Shown here one piece after another: positions 35,819-47,742 of a stretch of 64,000 nucleotides of DNA. The stretch is from Salisapilia sapeloensis CBS 127946 (taxonomy: Eukaryota; Protista; Oomycota). The translations under genes and the position numbers were made by a program. The DNA is taken from contig JAADVB010000011.1 of NCBI GenBank assembly GCA_023334545.1, positions 83,609 to 147,608 of the forward strand, written 5' to 3'. Every line of letters starts with the position of its first letter. Within the stretch, counting starts at the first letter, position 1. The notes beneath the pieces were generated by a model. That model was not told the origin of the DNA and did not search any database. It saw nothing but the letters and a program-made list of their open reading frames with translations.

Positions 35819-37788
35819 TCAGCAACGTCGAAGCTCCTACAACCAAGAATGCATTGATAAAAGCCCATATATACACGAAATAGTAACTTACATCATCAAT
35901 ACAAGTGTGAAGAAGCTCATATGGAACACGGCAGTTCGCAGCAAGTTGATGTAGTAGGTCGATGTAATCTTCTCCTTCTCTGTCATAAATCCATTGGCCA
36001 GTTAGCAACCTTGCCGTCTTTGTAAATGCACTTTGTTGAGACTCTCCACAACAGACATGTACATCCTCTATGCCGGGAGGAAGAACGAACGGATATCGCT
36101 TTGCTCGATCAGCGACAAAAGCTGCGATCTTGGTAACTTCGCGAGCTTTGATGATAGTTGGGGCAGGATATATCTTCCAGAGTTTTCTAAAGTTGAAAAA
36201 TTCAGGACTGCCCTCATAATCCTTTAAAAATGGATGTTTGAGGGCATCATGGGCTGCTAGCCTTTCATCCGGATCTCGTGTCATGAGTTTGCTTACAAAA
36301 TCTCGCAGGTCTGTCGAGAATCTGTTTGGTAAAGGAGGTAACGGGTCGTACATGATCGATTCTTCCAGTCCAAAGAAGCCATCACTAGCCTTGAATGGAT
36401 ACGCACCCGTGGCAAATTTATACAGAGAAACTCCTAGCGACCAAGTATCACTAACATAGCTATACTCCTGGCCGTGGAGTCGCTCTGGTGACATGTACAT
36501 GACGGTGCCTTGAAACTCCGACGAAGTAGGTTCTGACTTAGCCAGGGTCATCGCCAGACCAAAATCAGCCACCTGAAAATAAATTGCATTTAGAATCGTA
36601 CGAGACTAATATAGAAAATGAAGATTACCTTAAACTGGCCTGCACGATTGATCAGGATATTCGCTGGCTTAATGTCTCGGTGCATCATTCTACCACAGCA
36701 AAAAATAGAACTCTTGAACCACCTATGATCATAACATCAACGCCAACTTACCTGTTGGAATGCATATACGCTAAAGCTTTCATGCAGCAGAATGCACAGT
36801 GGCGTAACACAGCTTCGGGTGCTACAAAATGACCGTTGATCAGGTCCTCCATGCTTCCCATGTCCATATACTCCATCACAACGGATAAACTATTTCTGGA
36901 GGGCGTCACATAAGCTCCGTAAAAGCCCACTAAGTACGGGCTTGTCACGCTTCTTCCTATGAGTCTTTTAAAGTTTGAACGCACGTGGTGCCATGAGCCC
37001 GTAGTGTGGCTAGCGTAGTTTCTGTTCATATCAATTCTTGCTAGATTTTTATGTAGCGCTTGTAACTCGTTTTTCAACATTTCGCGATCGTTTTCATTAA
37101 ACACGTAGACGTCTTTGATTGCTACTAGCTTCATTGATGGAGCATAGAATCCCAATCTGACTGTTCCACCAGCTCCTTTGCCTAACATTCGCAGTCGAAT
37201 CGTGTGCTTTCCTAAGTTCGAAGGTCCGTCGCGAGCGACTGTATGAAAATCGACATCCTTCATCGCCTTGACACTCAGCTTAACGCTTGATTGGCGTCTT
37301 CGGGGAGCTGTGCTGTCAACCATCTCATAGTAACTTGTGGACAACTGGTCAGGCTGAATGATGTCGTCGCTACCTTCGGGTGGTCTGATCATCACATCAT
37401 CTTCCTCAATCGGGGACAGATCATTCATTGACATACTATCGATATTAATCTGTAGATTCAATTTCGGTCTGCTTCTTCCAGGCATGCTTGGAGCCGGGGC
37501 TGGAGAAATGGATTCGTTTGTTTCGAGAGGATACACAGGCGCCATTGTCTCCATATCGTCGTTAGATTTGTACAAGTCGTGGCGGTTCATCAGATGGGAA
37601 ATGTATTTCAATTTCGTACGTTGGTCCTTCATACGCTGTGTATACTTATTTACTTTGGAATGAAGTTTCTCTCTCATCTGAGCACGATGCGAAATGCCCT
37701 CACTTTTCGACAGAGGACCTACGTAGCCATCGTATTCAATGTCGGAAGTAGGAGCGATAGTTCGAATGTTAGGATTAACCAAAGACAT
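35819..37788 (-). CDS. MAP kinase kinase (STE7 family), 3 introns
   Basis: LGKGAGGTV, VAIKDV, LVGFYGAY, MEYMDMGS, spliced MMHRDIKPANILIN...FK|VADFG and FQGTVMYMSPERL..QEYSYVSDTWSLG. The last intron gives IDD|ELRRC*. The 5' start is uncertain. Confidence 0.85.
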
Positions 37789-38106
37789 CTCTGTGCTGAC
37801 CTTGGCCACCACTTCTTGATATAATGAAATGACTTTAAATAAACTAGAGGTCCGTTCGACAGAATGTCGTTTCAAGTTTCCAATTTACAAGATTACCATT
37901 TCCACCAGTCTAATTCTTTTATCCGCTCGCAGTGCCGAGCACTGTCCAGAAAACTAAACTTTGCCCTACTATTGCCATACCGTGGACACTAGATGAACGT
38001 CTCCCTCGCAAGACTAGGGATGACGTGAACAAAAGCACTGTTCGCTTAGAGTTTCCTCGTATGCGTTTTTATTCGTTTCTTACGCGATTTCCCGCCATTT
38101 AAAGTC

Positions 38107-39367
38107 ATGTCGGACCGACAGCCTCGGACTCGATACTATCTTCACCTCGCCTATTATGGCACCGGTTATCACGGATGGCAACGACAAGGCGGACATGGAA
38201 ATCCTGTCGAAGATGGAAAGTTTGTAAGCGTTCAAGAAGGTGTCGAGGAAGCTGTGACGGCTGCGCTCGAAGCGAATAGCCATGTGAACGTCACATGTGT
38301 TAGCCGCACCGATGCTGGGACGCACGCTCTTAGCGTACGTTTCTGTCGTCTTATAGTACACAATATATGAACACTAAGGTCCCGTATTTATGTACAATAT
38401 CGACAGCAATATGGCGTCATCCAATTGACATATCCTCCGACCATGTCTTTGCCTGAGCTACGTGACCGCATCAACTCCAAGTACAGTCACAATTACCTTT
38501 AGTCGTCATCCGTCTCGAGTCACCAATCGACTGTGTTATTAAATGTATTTCATGGACATCTAGATTAGATGAAAGGATCAAGGTACATGCGATTGGTCGC
38601 ATGCCCGTAACTAGCTTCCCAAAGCGCATTCGATCCTACTGCAAAAAGTATATCTATTATATACAGCAAGGGCTTCGTCCAGATCTCGATCAGGGCAAGT
38701 ACTCGTCCTACATCGGTCGAACGCTCGACGTCTCCAAGATGCGCGAAGCTCTTGGGTGCGTAGCATTAAGAGTTAAATTCTACGCTCATACTCACCAAAT
38801 TTGCTTTGTAGATACTTGCAAGGAACTCATGATTTTGGAGCATTCGCTAAAAGCTCTCAACTACCAGAAGGAACGTACATCTCGACGGTTCGTACCATTA
38901 AGGCACTGGACATCAACGTCAAAAGGTAGCTTCCTTTCTATCGAGCAACTTCCATCGTCAAAATGACGTCATGTTACTATAGAAAAGTAAATTTCACATT
39001 GGACTTGGACACGTGCGGAAGCGGAGAGAGCATGGATGAGAGCGATATATCCACTGAACCTTCGTCTCCGGCGTCAAAACGCCAGAAATTACGCGATGGA
39101 GTGGACTGGAAACAATCTACCTACTTCATATGCATCGAGCTCACGGCGAATGGTTTCCTTCGTCACATGGTACGAAGGATAGTCGGTACTTTGCGTTTCA
39201 TTGGCGAAGGAACACATCCGCCAAGTCGAATGAAGCAGATACTCGACGGAGAAATAAAGACAGACGCAGTCGCGTCTGCACGCGGACTATGGTTGCATCG
39301 TACGTGGCTTACGGAAGAGGACTGGGAGGCCTATGCGAATGAAAATAACATACAGACATTCGAGTAA
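38107..39367 (+). CDS. truA: tRNA pseudouridine synthase, TruA family, multi-exon
   Basis: LAYYGTGYHGWQRQ, catalytic SRTDAGTHA and ANGFLRHMVRRIVGTL. Confidence 0.88.
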
Positions 39368-39490
39368 GAAGCGTTCTGTCTGTCCAAACGACGTGTGCAA
39401 GCGTATCGACGTAATGCTGAAATTTGGTTCAATTCATGATTATGCAGTGTGAAATTTTAAATCTAACTACTCACTTGCCCCGAATACCGC

Positions 39491-41712
39491 TTACTGATAG
39501 ATCTGTTCAATGAGGGTCGAAAAGTTTTTCAGAACAACTTTCCGCTGCAGTTTAAACACTGACGTCAGTTCTCCTCGGCCGACTGAGAATGCTCGGTCGA
39601 GAATGACGTACTTGTTGACACGCTGGGCGTTGGATAAAGCTCGTTCGTTCGCGCGTGCGAGTCCGTCGTCTATATACTGCCGAATCATCGGACACGTCTG
39701 TGCTTCTTGAATTGTCGTGGCGGAACTGCCAATTTCCACCAAAATATTCCTCGCGACATCATTCAGCAGTGTTGTTGGCTCCCTAGTCGTCGGGTTATAC
39801 TTCACTGGGAGCGTGAGTAGGACAGACAGGAACCGGCGCTTGTCACCCACGAGCATGATGGTCGAAAGCAATGGCATTTCTTCCTTCAGTCTGTTTTCAA
39901 TTGGATTTGGAGCGATGTTCTCACCGCCAGACGTCACAATCAGCTCTTTCAACCGTCCAGTGATCGTCACAAAGCCGTCTCGGTCGATATGTGCGAGGTC
40001 TCCCGTTCGATACCATCCGTCGTCACTTATTGCTCTCTCTGTTCCTTCTTCATCATCCAAATAGCCCATCATGACGTTCCGTCCGTTCACCATCAACTCG
40101 CCAGTGCGTTTGTCTGTCTTGATGTCCGATCCAAGCACTGTCGTGCCAACACTTCCGTACTTCCACTCATTTTTCGTACAAGTAGTCTGTGCTCCGCTCA
40201 ATTCGCTGCTGCCATATATATCAAAGATCGGTAGTCCCATGCCCGCAAAGACATGGACCGCATCGGAAGAAGCAGGTGCCGAAGATGTGAGACAGGTTAT
40301 CGCATTGTCAAGTCCAAGCTGCTTCTTTACGCGCCGTAGCACAATGCTTTCGGCGACGGCCTTGCTCCAAAGGCTCCTCTCCTGTTGGCCGTACTGGGCT
40401 CGACGACACATTTCCTCGCCAACGCCTTTTGCCCATTTAATCACCTTCTTCTCCGCAGAAGAAGCACCGTCGATGATCGTTTCTATCTTGTCCGCAAGCT
40501 TTTCCCATACGCGAGGCACACCAAGAAAGAATACTGGACGCACTTCCAGCATCGTATCCAAGAAAGTTCCAGATAGTGCATCAGGCTGTGCAAAGTACAC
40601 TTGCATGCCTCGGCAAAGAGGAATGTATATGTCGAGGATTTGAGCGGCAATATGCGAGAGAGGTAAGTAGCTCATGGATGTCCATGTGGAGTCGATCTGG
40701 CGTTGTGACAATGGCCTGTCGAGTTTCTCGACCAAAGCACGCACTTGCCACGTGACTGTGTCATGCGCAAGCATTGCGCCTTTCGGAGCTCCCGTGGTGC
40801 CTGAAGTGTACATGACCATACAACACTGTGTTGGTTTCTGTTCCCTCATGCGCGCTGTGATCGCACGGTCGTCGTCGGATGTACCGAGTCTCATGAACTC
40901 TTCATATGTAAATACTGGTGTGTTGAAAACGATATCTTGTGGAGGACTGCCATTGTACACGACAATGGCTTTCAACCTCGGAATGTTGTCCTTGATTTCG
41001 GCAATCTTGCGTACTTGATCCGGCCCGTCACAGACGAGTACCTCACAGTTGGAATGGTTCATGATATATTCACACGCATGTGGCCGGTTCGTATGGTAAC
41101 TAGCACGCAGATGAGTCAACAGATGGATTTACGGTATGTGTAGAGTATGCGTACATGCCAACGGCGACACCTCCGGCGAAGATCGCGCCAATGTCCGAGA
41201 TAAGCCACTCGGGCGCGTTGAAGCCAATGATGTGGACACCGCCGAAGCGTGATAGTCCGATGTGCAGGAGAGATTTGCCGAATGCGACACAATTGTCATA
41301 ATACTGTCGAAACGTTATTGACGACCTATTACATCCGTCAGTAAGCTGTGCATCTCGCAGCAAGAAATCTAGCAAGAAACCATTGTCCGTCTCGCTTTGC
41401 ATGGAGCGCGGGCTTGGGCCCATACATCCGAACACGCTCTTCGAACATTTCAATGACCGTCTGTGCCTTCCACGACGTGTTGACCTCCCGAAGGGTTATC
41501 TCTTCATCGATTTTCCAAGTCTGTTTCCCGAAATGATCAGTACAAGGTGCGATTGATGAGACCCGAGTACGAGTTTGGATAGAAGATACCTTTAGCTTAC
41601 GCCCAGCGGTGGGTCCTTCGTAGTACCCCATCTTGGTGAATCCGCTTTGTCCCTTGCCAGCAAATTCACTTGTGTGGTGACAGGTAGAGGAGGAGGAACG
41701 ATGTATTGACAT
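39491..41712 (-). CDS. ACSBG: Long-chain fatty acyl-CoA synthetase, ACSBG type, paralog 2, with N-terminal extension; 2 introns
   Basis: Spliced GQW|SSITFRQYY and VGI|YHTNRPHACEY. Motifs VMYTSGTTGAPKG, GWYRTGD and GRLKELIVTSGGENI. The start is either 41712 (MSIHR) or 41631 (MGYYE). Confidence 0.88.
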
Positions 41713-43029
41713 AGTCAATGGCGTGCTACAATTGGTAGTATACTAATGAGTTCTAATCAGGGTAATTTTAAACACAGTGCGCTCGCCGAACTTTTTTTGT
41801 CAGAAATCAGCACAAGCATATAGCACTTTGCTATCCCTCGCGTACATGGCGCGCGAAAGTTTTTCCACAAGATACAGAACCCCATGAATCTAGAAGGCAG
41901 AGGAGCTACATTCGACAAGGCACACGTCGAGACGAACCTTCAATAAAAGATCCTCATGCGTACTTGCCTTGTCTCGTGCAAATGCCTCGTCTGCACCCGT
42001 GTCAGGTCGAAAATCAACACGAGCTTCTTTCCGTGCCCTCAGAAGTGGAATCAGTCGTGTTGATTACAGCACGCAGACATCACAGTGACTCAACAAGTCA
42101 AGCAAGGATCAGAAAAAGAAGAACAAAAGCAATCGCGGAAGGCATGTGCTGTGGACCTAGCATAGAGACAATTCCAAGGAACCTTGCTGGACTCTAGTAT
42201 CTTCTGTACAGGAAGCAGTCAGTCGCGATTCGCGATACACTGAAACTTATGTCGAGCTAGCTTCTTCAATGAACTGGTGCTTTTACGAGCATCTGAGCGG
42301 ATACCCATGTCATCTCGGTTCAGCAACTACGCAAGATGTGACAGGCTGCTGGAGAAAGTGGTGAGTCCCCAGTATCTTCCACCTTGAAGTCTGTCCTAGG
42401 TTACCATAGTGTACTCCCATACTAAATGCAGTATTGTTGCTGTTTCTTGTAGTTTATATACTTATTCCTACCTCAAATGACTTCCAACGATAGGCTTAGG
42501 CTAAAAGAACGTCAAAATACCTCTACCTTTGCAACAAGAATAAACCTTATGCACTGATTCCGCCCAGGGTGGAGCATGGAGTGAAGCACGTACCTCAAAG
42601 TGGTAATTGATCGGTCTAGTTGTGTTCGGTAGCAACCTCTAACAAAATCAGTTTGTCTTTCCTGCAATATGTATGGGCACCCTTCTATCTACACGTTGTG
42701 TGGGATAGAAAGCAAACACTCCATGTCTACGATTCACCGAGCTTGCTTCAACACGACCACTCGAGCACAGCCCAACTTGACATCATTTTACATTTCTATT
42801 CGAATCGAATATAAGTCTCCATTTGCATACTTTTGAATGGATAAGCGAACCCACTTGGCGATGGGTTCACTTTTCCCGTGATCTCGCAACCACTCTATAT
42901 CGGACACATCCATACCCTCAATGTGCAACCCTTGCATACAAAAATCAAGCCACTATAAAACCCAGGAAAAATCCACTAGAGAATTTCATTCTTTAATCAC
43001 GACGGCATTCCCCACAACTTGTCTTGCAC

Positions 43030-44169
43030 ATGGGCTGCTGGGACACTCTCACTGCTTGCCTCCGTGGCCAACGCCACTCGGACGGTAAAGATGAGCATGA
43101 CTCCACCGATAATGTCAATCCGGAAGATGTGACGGTCGCGAAAATCCGATCGGGCAAGACGAATGCCAAGCGCAGTCAAAAGAAACCAGCCAAAGTCACG
43201 GATGCTTACTCTCTCGGGAAAGTCATCGGCTCTGGATCATACTCGGTCGTGCGTGAAAGTGTGGACATTCGGACGAAAGAGAAAGTTGCGATCAAATGCA
43301 TGAAACGCGCCGAATTAACACAAGAGGATGAGGATGCCATTCAGATGGAAGTCTCGATTTTGAAGCAAATGGACCATCCGAATGTCATGCGACTCTTGGA
43401 TTTCTTCACTGAGGATGACTACTATTACCTCGTGACGGAATTTATATCTGGTGGAGAACTGTTTGACCGGATCGTTGCGAAAACATTCTACACGGAAAAG
43501 GAAGCGAGGGACCTCGTGCAAGTCTTATTGAAAGCACTCAAGTACTGTCATGACCGAGAGATTGTCCACCGTGATTTAAAACCAGAGAATCTACTTCTGA
43601 CAAACAGCGACGATGACTCTACGATTAAACTCGCAGACTTTGGCTTTGCGAAGCAAGTCGAGAAGGATGCCAATGGCCTTGTCACGACGTGTGGAACGCC
43701 AGGATACGTTGCTCCTGAAATTCTTAGAGGAGAAAAGTATGGGAAAGCAGTGGACGTCTGGAGTTCTGGTGTTATCACATACATTCTACTGGCCGGATAC
43801 CCTCCTTTCCACGATGATGCGCAGCCAATCCTTTTCCGAAAGATCAAAAAGGGTAAATATCACTTTGACAGTCCCTACTGGGACGATGTATCGGACGACG
43901 CAAAGGACTTTGTGTCCAAGATGCTTGTGGTCGATCCCAGCGAACGTGCAACCGTCAACGATTTGCTAGAGCACAAGTGGATCAAGGGCGACGAAGTGGC
44001 TGAGGTACCGCTCACGAGCACACTTGTGGAGCTACGTCGCTTCCACGCGAGAAAGAAGTTCAAAGCAGCGGTGCATTCCGTACAGGCGACGATTGGTATG
44101 AACAAACTGTCGAGTGGCTTGAGTAAAAGCACTGACTTGTCCGAACCGGATCAAGAAGCGGATCTATAG
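43030..44169 (+). CDS. Ca2+/calmodulin-dependent protein kinase (CaMK1-like), N-terminal MGC acylation motif, intronless
   Basis: IGSGSYSVV, VAIKCM, HRDLKPENLL, DFGFAK, TTCGTPGYVAPE, C-terminal CaM-binding segment LRRFHARKKFKAAVHSV and an MGCWDTLTAC start. Confidence 0.9.
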   Translation: MGCWDTLTACLRGQRHSDGKDEHDSTDNVNPEDVTVAKIRSGKTNAKRSQKKPAKVTDAYSLGKVIGSGSYSVVRESVDIRTKEKVAIKCMKRAELTQEDEDAIQMEVSILKQMDHPNVMRLLDFFTEDDYYYLVTEFISGGELFDRIVAKTFYTEKEARDLVQVLLKALKYCHDREIVHRDLKPENLLLTNSDDDSTIKLADFGFAKQVEKDANGLVTTCGTPGYVAPEILRGEKYGKAVDVWSSGVITYILLAGYPPFHDDAQPILFRKIKKGKYHFDSPYWDDVSDDAKDFVSKMLVVDPSERATVNDLLEHKWIKGDEVAEVPLTSTLVELRRFHARKKFKAAVHSVQATIGMNKLSSGLSKSTDLSEPDQEADL

Positions 44170-44239
44170 ATTCTAACGAAACGAATGTGATGCTTTTTTC
44201 ATTTTGCGAAACTTTTTTTTAAACAACTTGAAATGCATT

Positions 44240-46232
44240 TTACGCGTAGATTTCGTCAATCAAAGACGCGTACTTATCCGACACAGACTGACGTCGGAGC
44301 TTGAGCGTAGGTGTAAGCTCTCCACCTGCAGGACTAAAGTCCGAGTCGAGAATGAGGTACTTTCGAACTGTCTGGGCATGAGAAATGGCTTTCGCATTAG
44401 CCGCAGCGATGCCTTCCTCAAGATACTGCTTCACCTTGGGACATTCCTTTGCTTCCTGCACAGTGGTAGCAGACGACCCGATTTCTTGTAAGATGTGGAG
44501 AACACGGTCGTCCAACTCGGTCGTTGGCTGTTTCGTGTTTGGATCCATCTTCACAGGGAACGTGATCAGCGTTGACAGAAACCTTCGGCGATCTCCCACC
44601 AGCATGACATTGGAAACCAGCGGCATGGCTTCCTTCAATGCTGCTTCAATAAGAAGTGGAGGAATGTTCTCACCTCCGGCAGTGATGATAATTTCTTTCA
44701 ATCGACCTGTGATTTGGACAAACCCGTCCTGATCGATGTGAGCACAGTCGCCAGTGTGGAAGTATCCGTCCTCATCAATCGCCTGCTTCGTCTGCTCTTC
44801 ACTCTTCAGATACCCCATCATGACATTTCGACCGTATATGCATAGCTCATTCGTGTGCGGATCCGTCTTGATCAGACTGCCTTCCATAGTCGTGCCAACG
44901 GTCCCAACTTTCCAGCTACCTGGCATGCACAGAGTCTGCGCGCCACTGGCTTCACTCGATCCGTAGATGTCATAGACTGGTATCCCGATGGAAGAGAAGA
45001 CATCCCCTAGCTCTTTCGACATCGGAGCTGCCGAGGATACGCAGAGAAGTGCTTCATCAAGTCCAATTGCTTTCTTATACTCGTTGAGCACGAGCGCGTT
45101 GGCCAGCGCTGTTCCCCATGGTTCACTTCCTTCATTGCCATATTGCATACGTCGGCACTTTTCGATACCAATGTTTTGAGCCCATGGGAGCAAAGCTGCT
45201 TGGGTACCAGTGGCATCTTTAAACAATTGACGCACCTTTTCTGTCAACTTCTCCCACGTACGTGGCACGGCAATAATCCATGTCGGTCGTACATCCAAGA
45301 TGGTCTGTTGGAGAGAGCCTTGCAGTGCATCTTTCTGAGCAAAGTAGACCCGTTCGCCGGTTTGAACTGGTACATAGAGGTCGAGAAGTTGGGCGGCAAT
45401 GTGAGATAGCGGTAGGTAGCTGATACTGCGCCACGAGTTGTCGATCTTCATGCCATTGTCCAAATGCTTTTCGATCTTTGCAACAAAGGTGCGGACTTGC
45501 CAAGTACATGCATCATGCGAGATCATGACACCTTTGGGGTTTCCAGTCGTACCGGAAGTGTAGATGAGCGTACAGCATTCTCCAGGCTTTTGCTCTTTCA
45601 TTCGCGCTTGGATGACCTCGTCTTCCACTTTTTCTCCAAGTTTCAAAAAATCATCGAAAGCATAGATCGGGACATTGCATTCGATGTCTTCTGGAACAGG
45701 TTCATTGTAAACAACGATCGCTTTCAGTTTCGGCAAGTTATGGTGGATGCTGATAATCTTTTTTAGCTGCGCAACGCCGTCACAGACAACGATTCCGGCA
45801 TCCGAATGCTCGATAATGTACTCGCAGGCTGCCGGCGAGTTGGTCGCGTAAATGCCTGCAGATACAGCTCCAGCAAAGATGGTACCAAAGTTTGTTATGA
45901 GGTACTCTGGTGCATTGGAGCCGATCATGCAGACACCTTGGAAGCGGTTGAGACCGATGGCAAGGACCGACTTGGCGAACTGAACACATTTAGCATAGTA
46001 CTCGTTAAACGTGATGGCAGTCCAAGCGTCATTTTTCTTGACATGAAGTGCCTTTTTGTCGCCGAAACGAGTGAGACTGTCTTCAAAGAGTTGACTGACT
46101 GTCATGGGCTCGAAATCCGTATCATCGGAGCGAAGATCGACTTCTTGCGTGATGTCAGACGTCTACAGGAACGCACGATCAGAGTTGCCAATATGAATAG
46201 AATGAAAAAGAGCGTACAGTAAGCTTGGGCAT
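44240..46232 (-). CDS. ACSBG: Long-chain fatty acyl-CoA synthetase, ACSBG type, paralog 3; intron after codon 5
   Basis: MPKLT|TSDITQEVDLR start, LIYTSGTTGNPKG, YLPLSHIAAQ, GYFHTGD and GRLKEIIITAGGENIPP. Confidence 0.92.
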
Positions 46233-46403
46233 GGTTGTTCGAGCAAGGCGAATTGAATAATGGCCGGTACGAGGGAGACCAGTGTCAGACGAGGCACCGC
46301 ATTTCTGCAGCTGAGGCGGTATTAGGAATCACATGCGACGTACGGGCCTTTACTTGACCAGTTTATGATGATAACATGATCAAGTTACGACAACGCAGCA
46401 GCT

Positions 46404-46490
46404 CATGAATCAGAGCATGGAGGTTCATCACGGATCTATTTGTGCTTTACACTATAGACCTACTAGGACGGAACATGAATCAGAGCATGG
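46404..46490. repeat. Perfect 17-bp direct repeat CATGAATCAGAGCATGG, two copies with a 70-bp period
   Basis: Identical copies at 46404-46420 and 46474-46490. A partial core AATCAGAGC recurs at about 46633. Confidence 0.8.
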
Positions 46491-46898
46491 GATCTGCGGT
46501 AGATGCTTTTTAACAGAGGCGCCTCAGCCGCGGATCATCCCCCTGATCAGCCACCGTCTCCGTACATATTGGGAGGCTTCAGTAGGCTACAAAAGAGTAT
46601 TCAATGTACAAATTCTCTATCACAACATCCAAAATCAGAGCCCACAAGCCGACTACGACGGAACTGTAGCTCGGTCGTGATAGCTGATCAATCTTGAAGA
46701 GGTGGATATGAGGTCTACTGTAACGCATGAGGACACAAACTGTATCAGCACGATTTTACAACATCCCACGGAGAATGCATGGGTAAATTTCATTGTTTTT
46801 TGGTTTCGGCAATTGGTCTACATCGTCCTACATGGTCCAAAGAAAAGACCGGGCATTGCTCCGAGATTTCTTCGGTCTTTTAGACGAAAAAGACAAGT

Positions 46899-47590
46899 CT
46901 AGGTAGCGTACTGCTTCGTCCATTCGGCCGCCGTTTTGTCAAATGCAGCGCGATCTTCCTGGAGTTGCTTTGCGATCTCCGGTTCTAGCGGGTTGTCACT
47001 ATCAGGTTGTTCCAGCATCGTCTTGAGCGCATTCAGGCAGTACAAGACGTTGAGCGTTGGACCCCAGTTCTAATATGTTATCAATAAATAAACCGCACGA
47101 TCTTTTGCGTTCAAAATAAAAAAGTATCTACCTCGCTGATGACATCGGCACAAATCTCACCCGAGTCCGATTTAATGTTCGGGTGATAGACCCGAGTAAG
47201 AAATTTGATCTACACAGTCGTTAGGCGTCGCCACTCGGGTGCTCATATAGGATCGTACCTTGGGCGCCTTGAAAGGGTATTCAGTGGGGAATTGAAGATC
47301 GAGACTGAAGACGCCGCCGGCGTACGGTGTGTTCTCCTACTCATTCGGTCATAAGCATGCTGTGAATTCTAGCCCCAAAATGAATCATACTGGCCCAGCG
47401 ACCATCGCACTCCAATGCATCAGATCGTCATTGACAGCGCCCACAGTGCACCATTCGGGCGAGTTTTTCTCAAATTCAGCCAGTTCCTAGATGTAGAGAA
47501 AAAGATACAAGTGTCAGGCATTGACGTCCAGTACCATTTCGACTGTCGTAGAGGATCGGAATAACATACTTTCGTAAGACGTCGAGCCAT
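46899..47590 (-). CDS. Ubiquitin-conjugating enzyme E2 (UBE2D/UBE2L3-like), 5 exons
   Basis: Spliced MARRLTK|ELAEF...[11 protein letters not shown]|[10 protein letters not shown]...[11 protein letters not shown]|[26 protein letters not shown]|NWGPTL..., with the HPN motif and catalytic Cys. The ORF track misses it because the exons are short. Confidence 0.9.
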
Positions 47591-47710
47591 GATCGCTTAA
47601 CAAAGTCACGAGTTGGTAGATCGACTTGTGTCGTGATGCTAAAAAAAGGTTGTGAGAAGTATTCGTTCGATGACTTTCGTGACTTTAAAATTGTATCTCC
47701 ATAGTAAGTG

Positions 47711-47725
47711 TCAGTCAAAAGTATC
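47711..47725 (+). promoter_or_regulatory. INR/FPR-like core promoter motif upstream of the GT4 gene
   Basis: TCAGTCAAAAGTATC ends 18 nt before the ATG at 47743 and has the same layout as the motif at 21621. Confidence 0.35.
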
Positions 47726-47742
47726 ATTGACAAGAATACGAC

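Noticed and set aside
42844-42871. Imperfect 10-bp hairpin upstream of the CaMK
   Set aside because: It is short, has one mismatch, has no tRNA or terminator context, and is compatible with chance.
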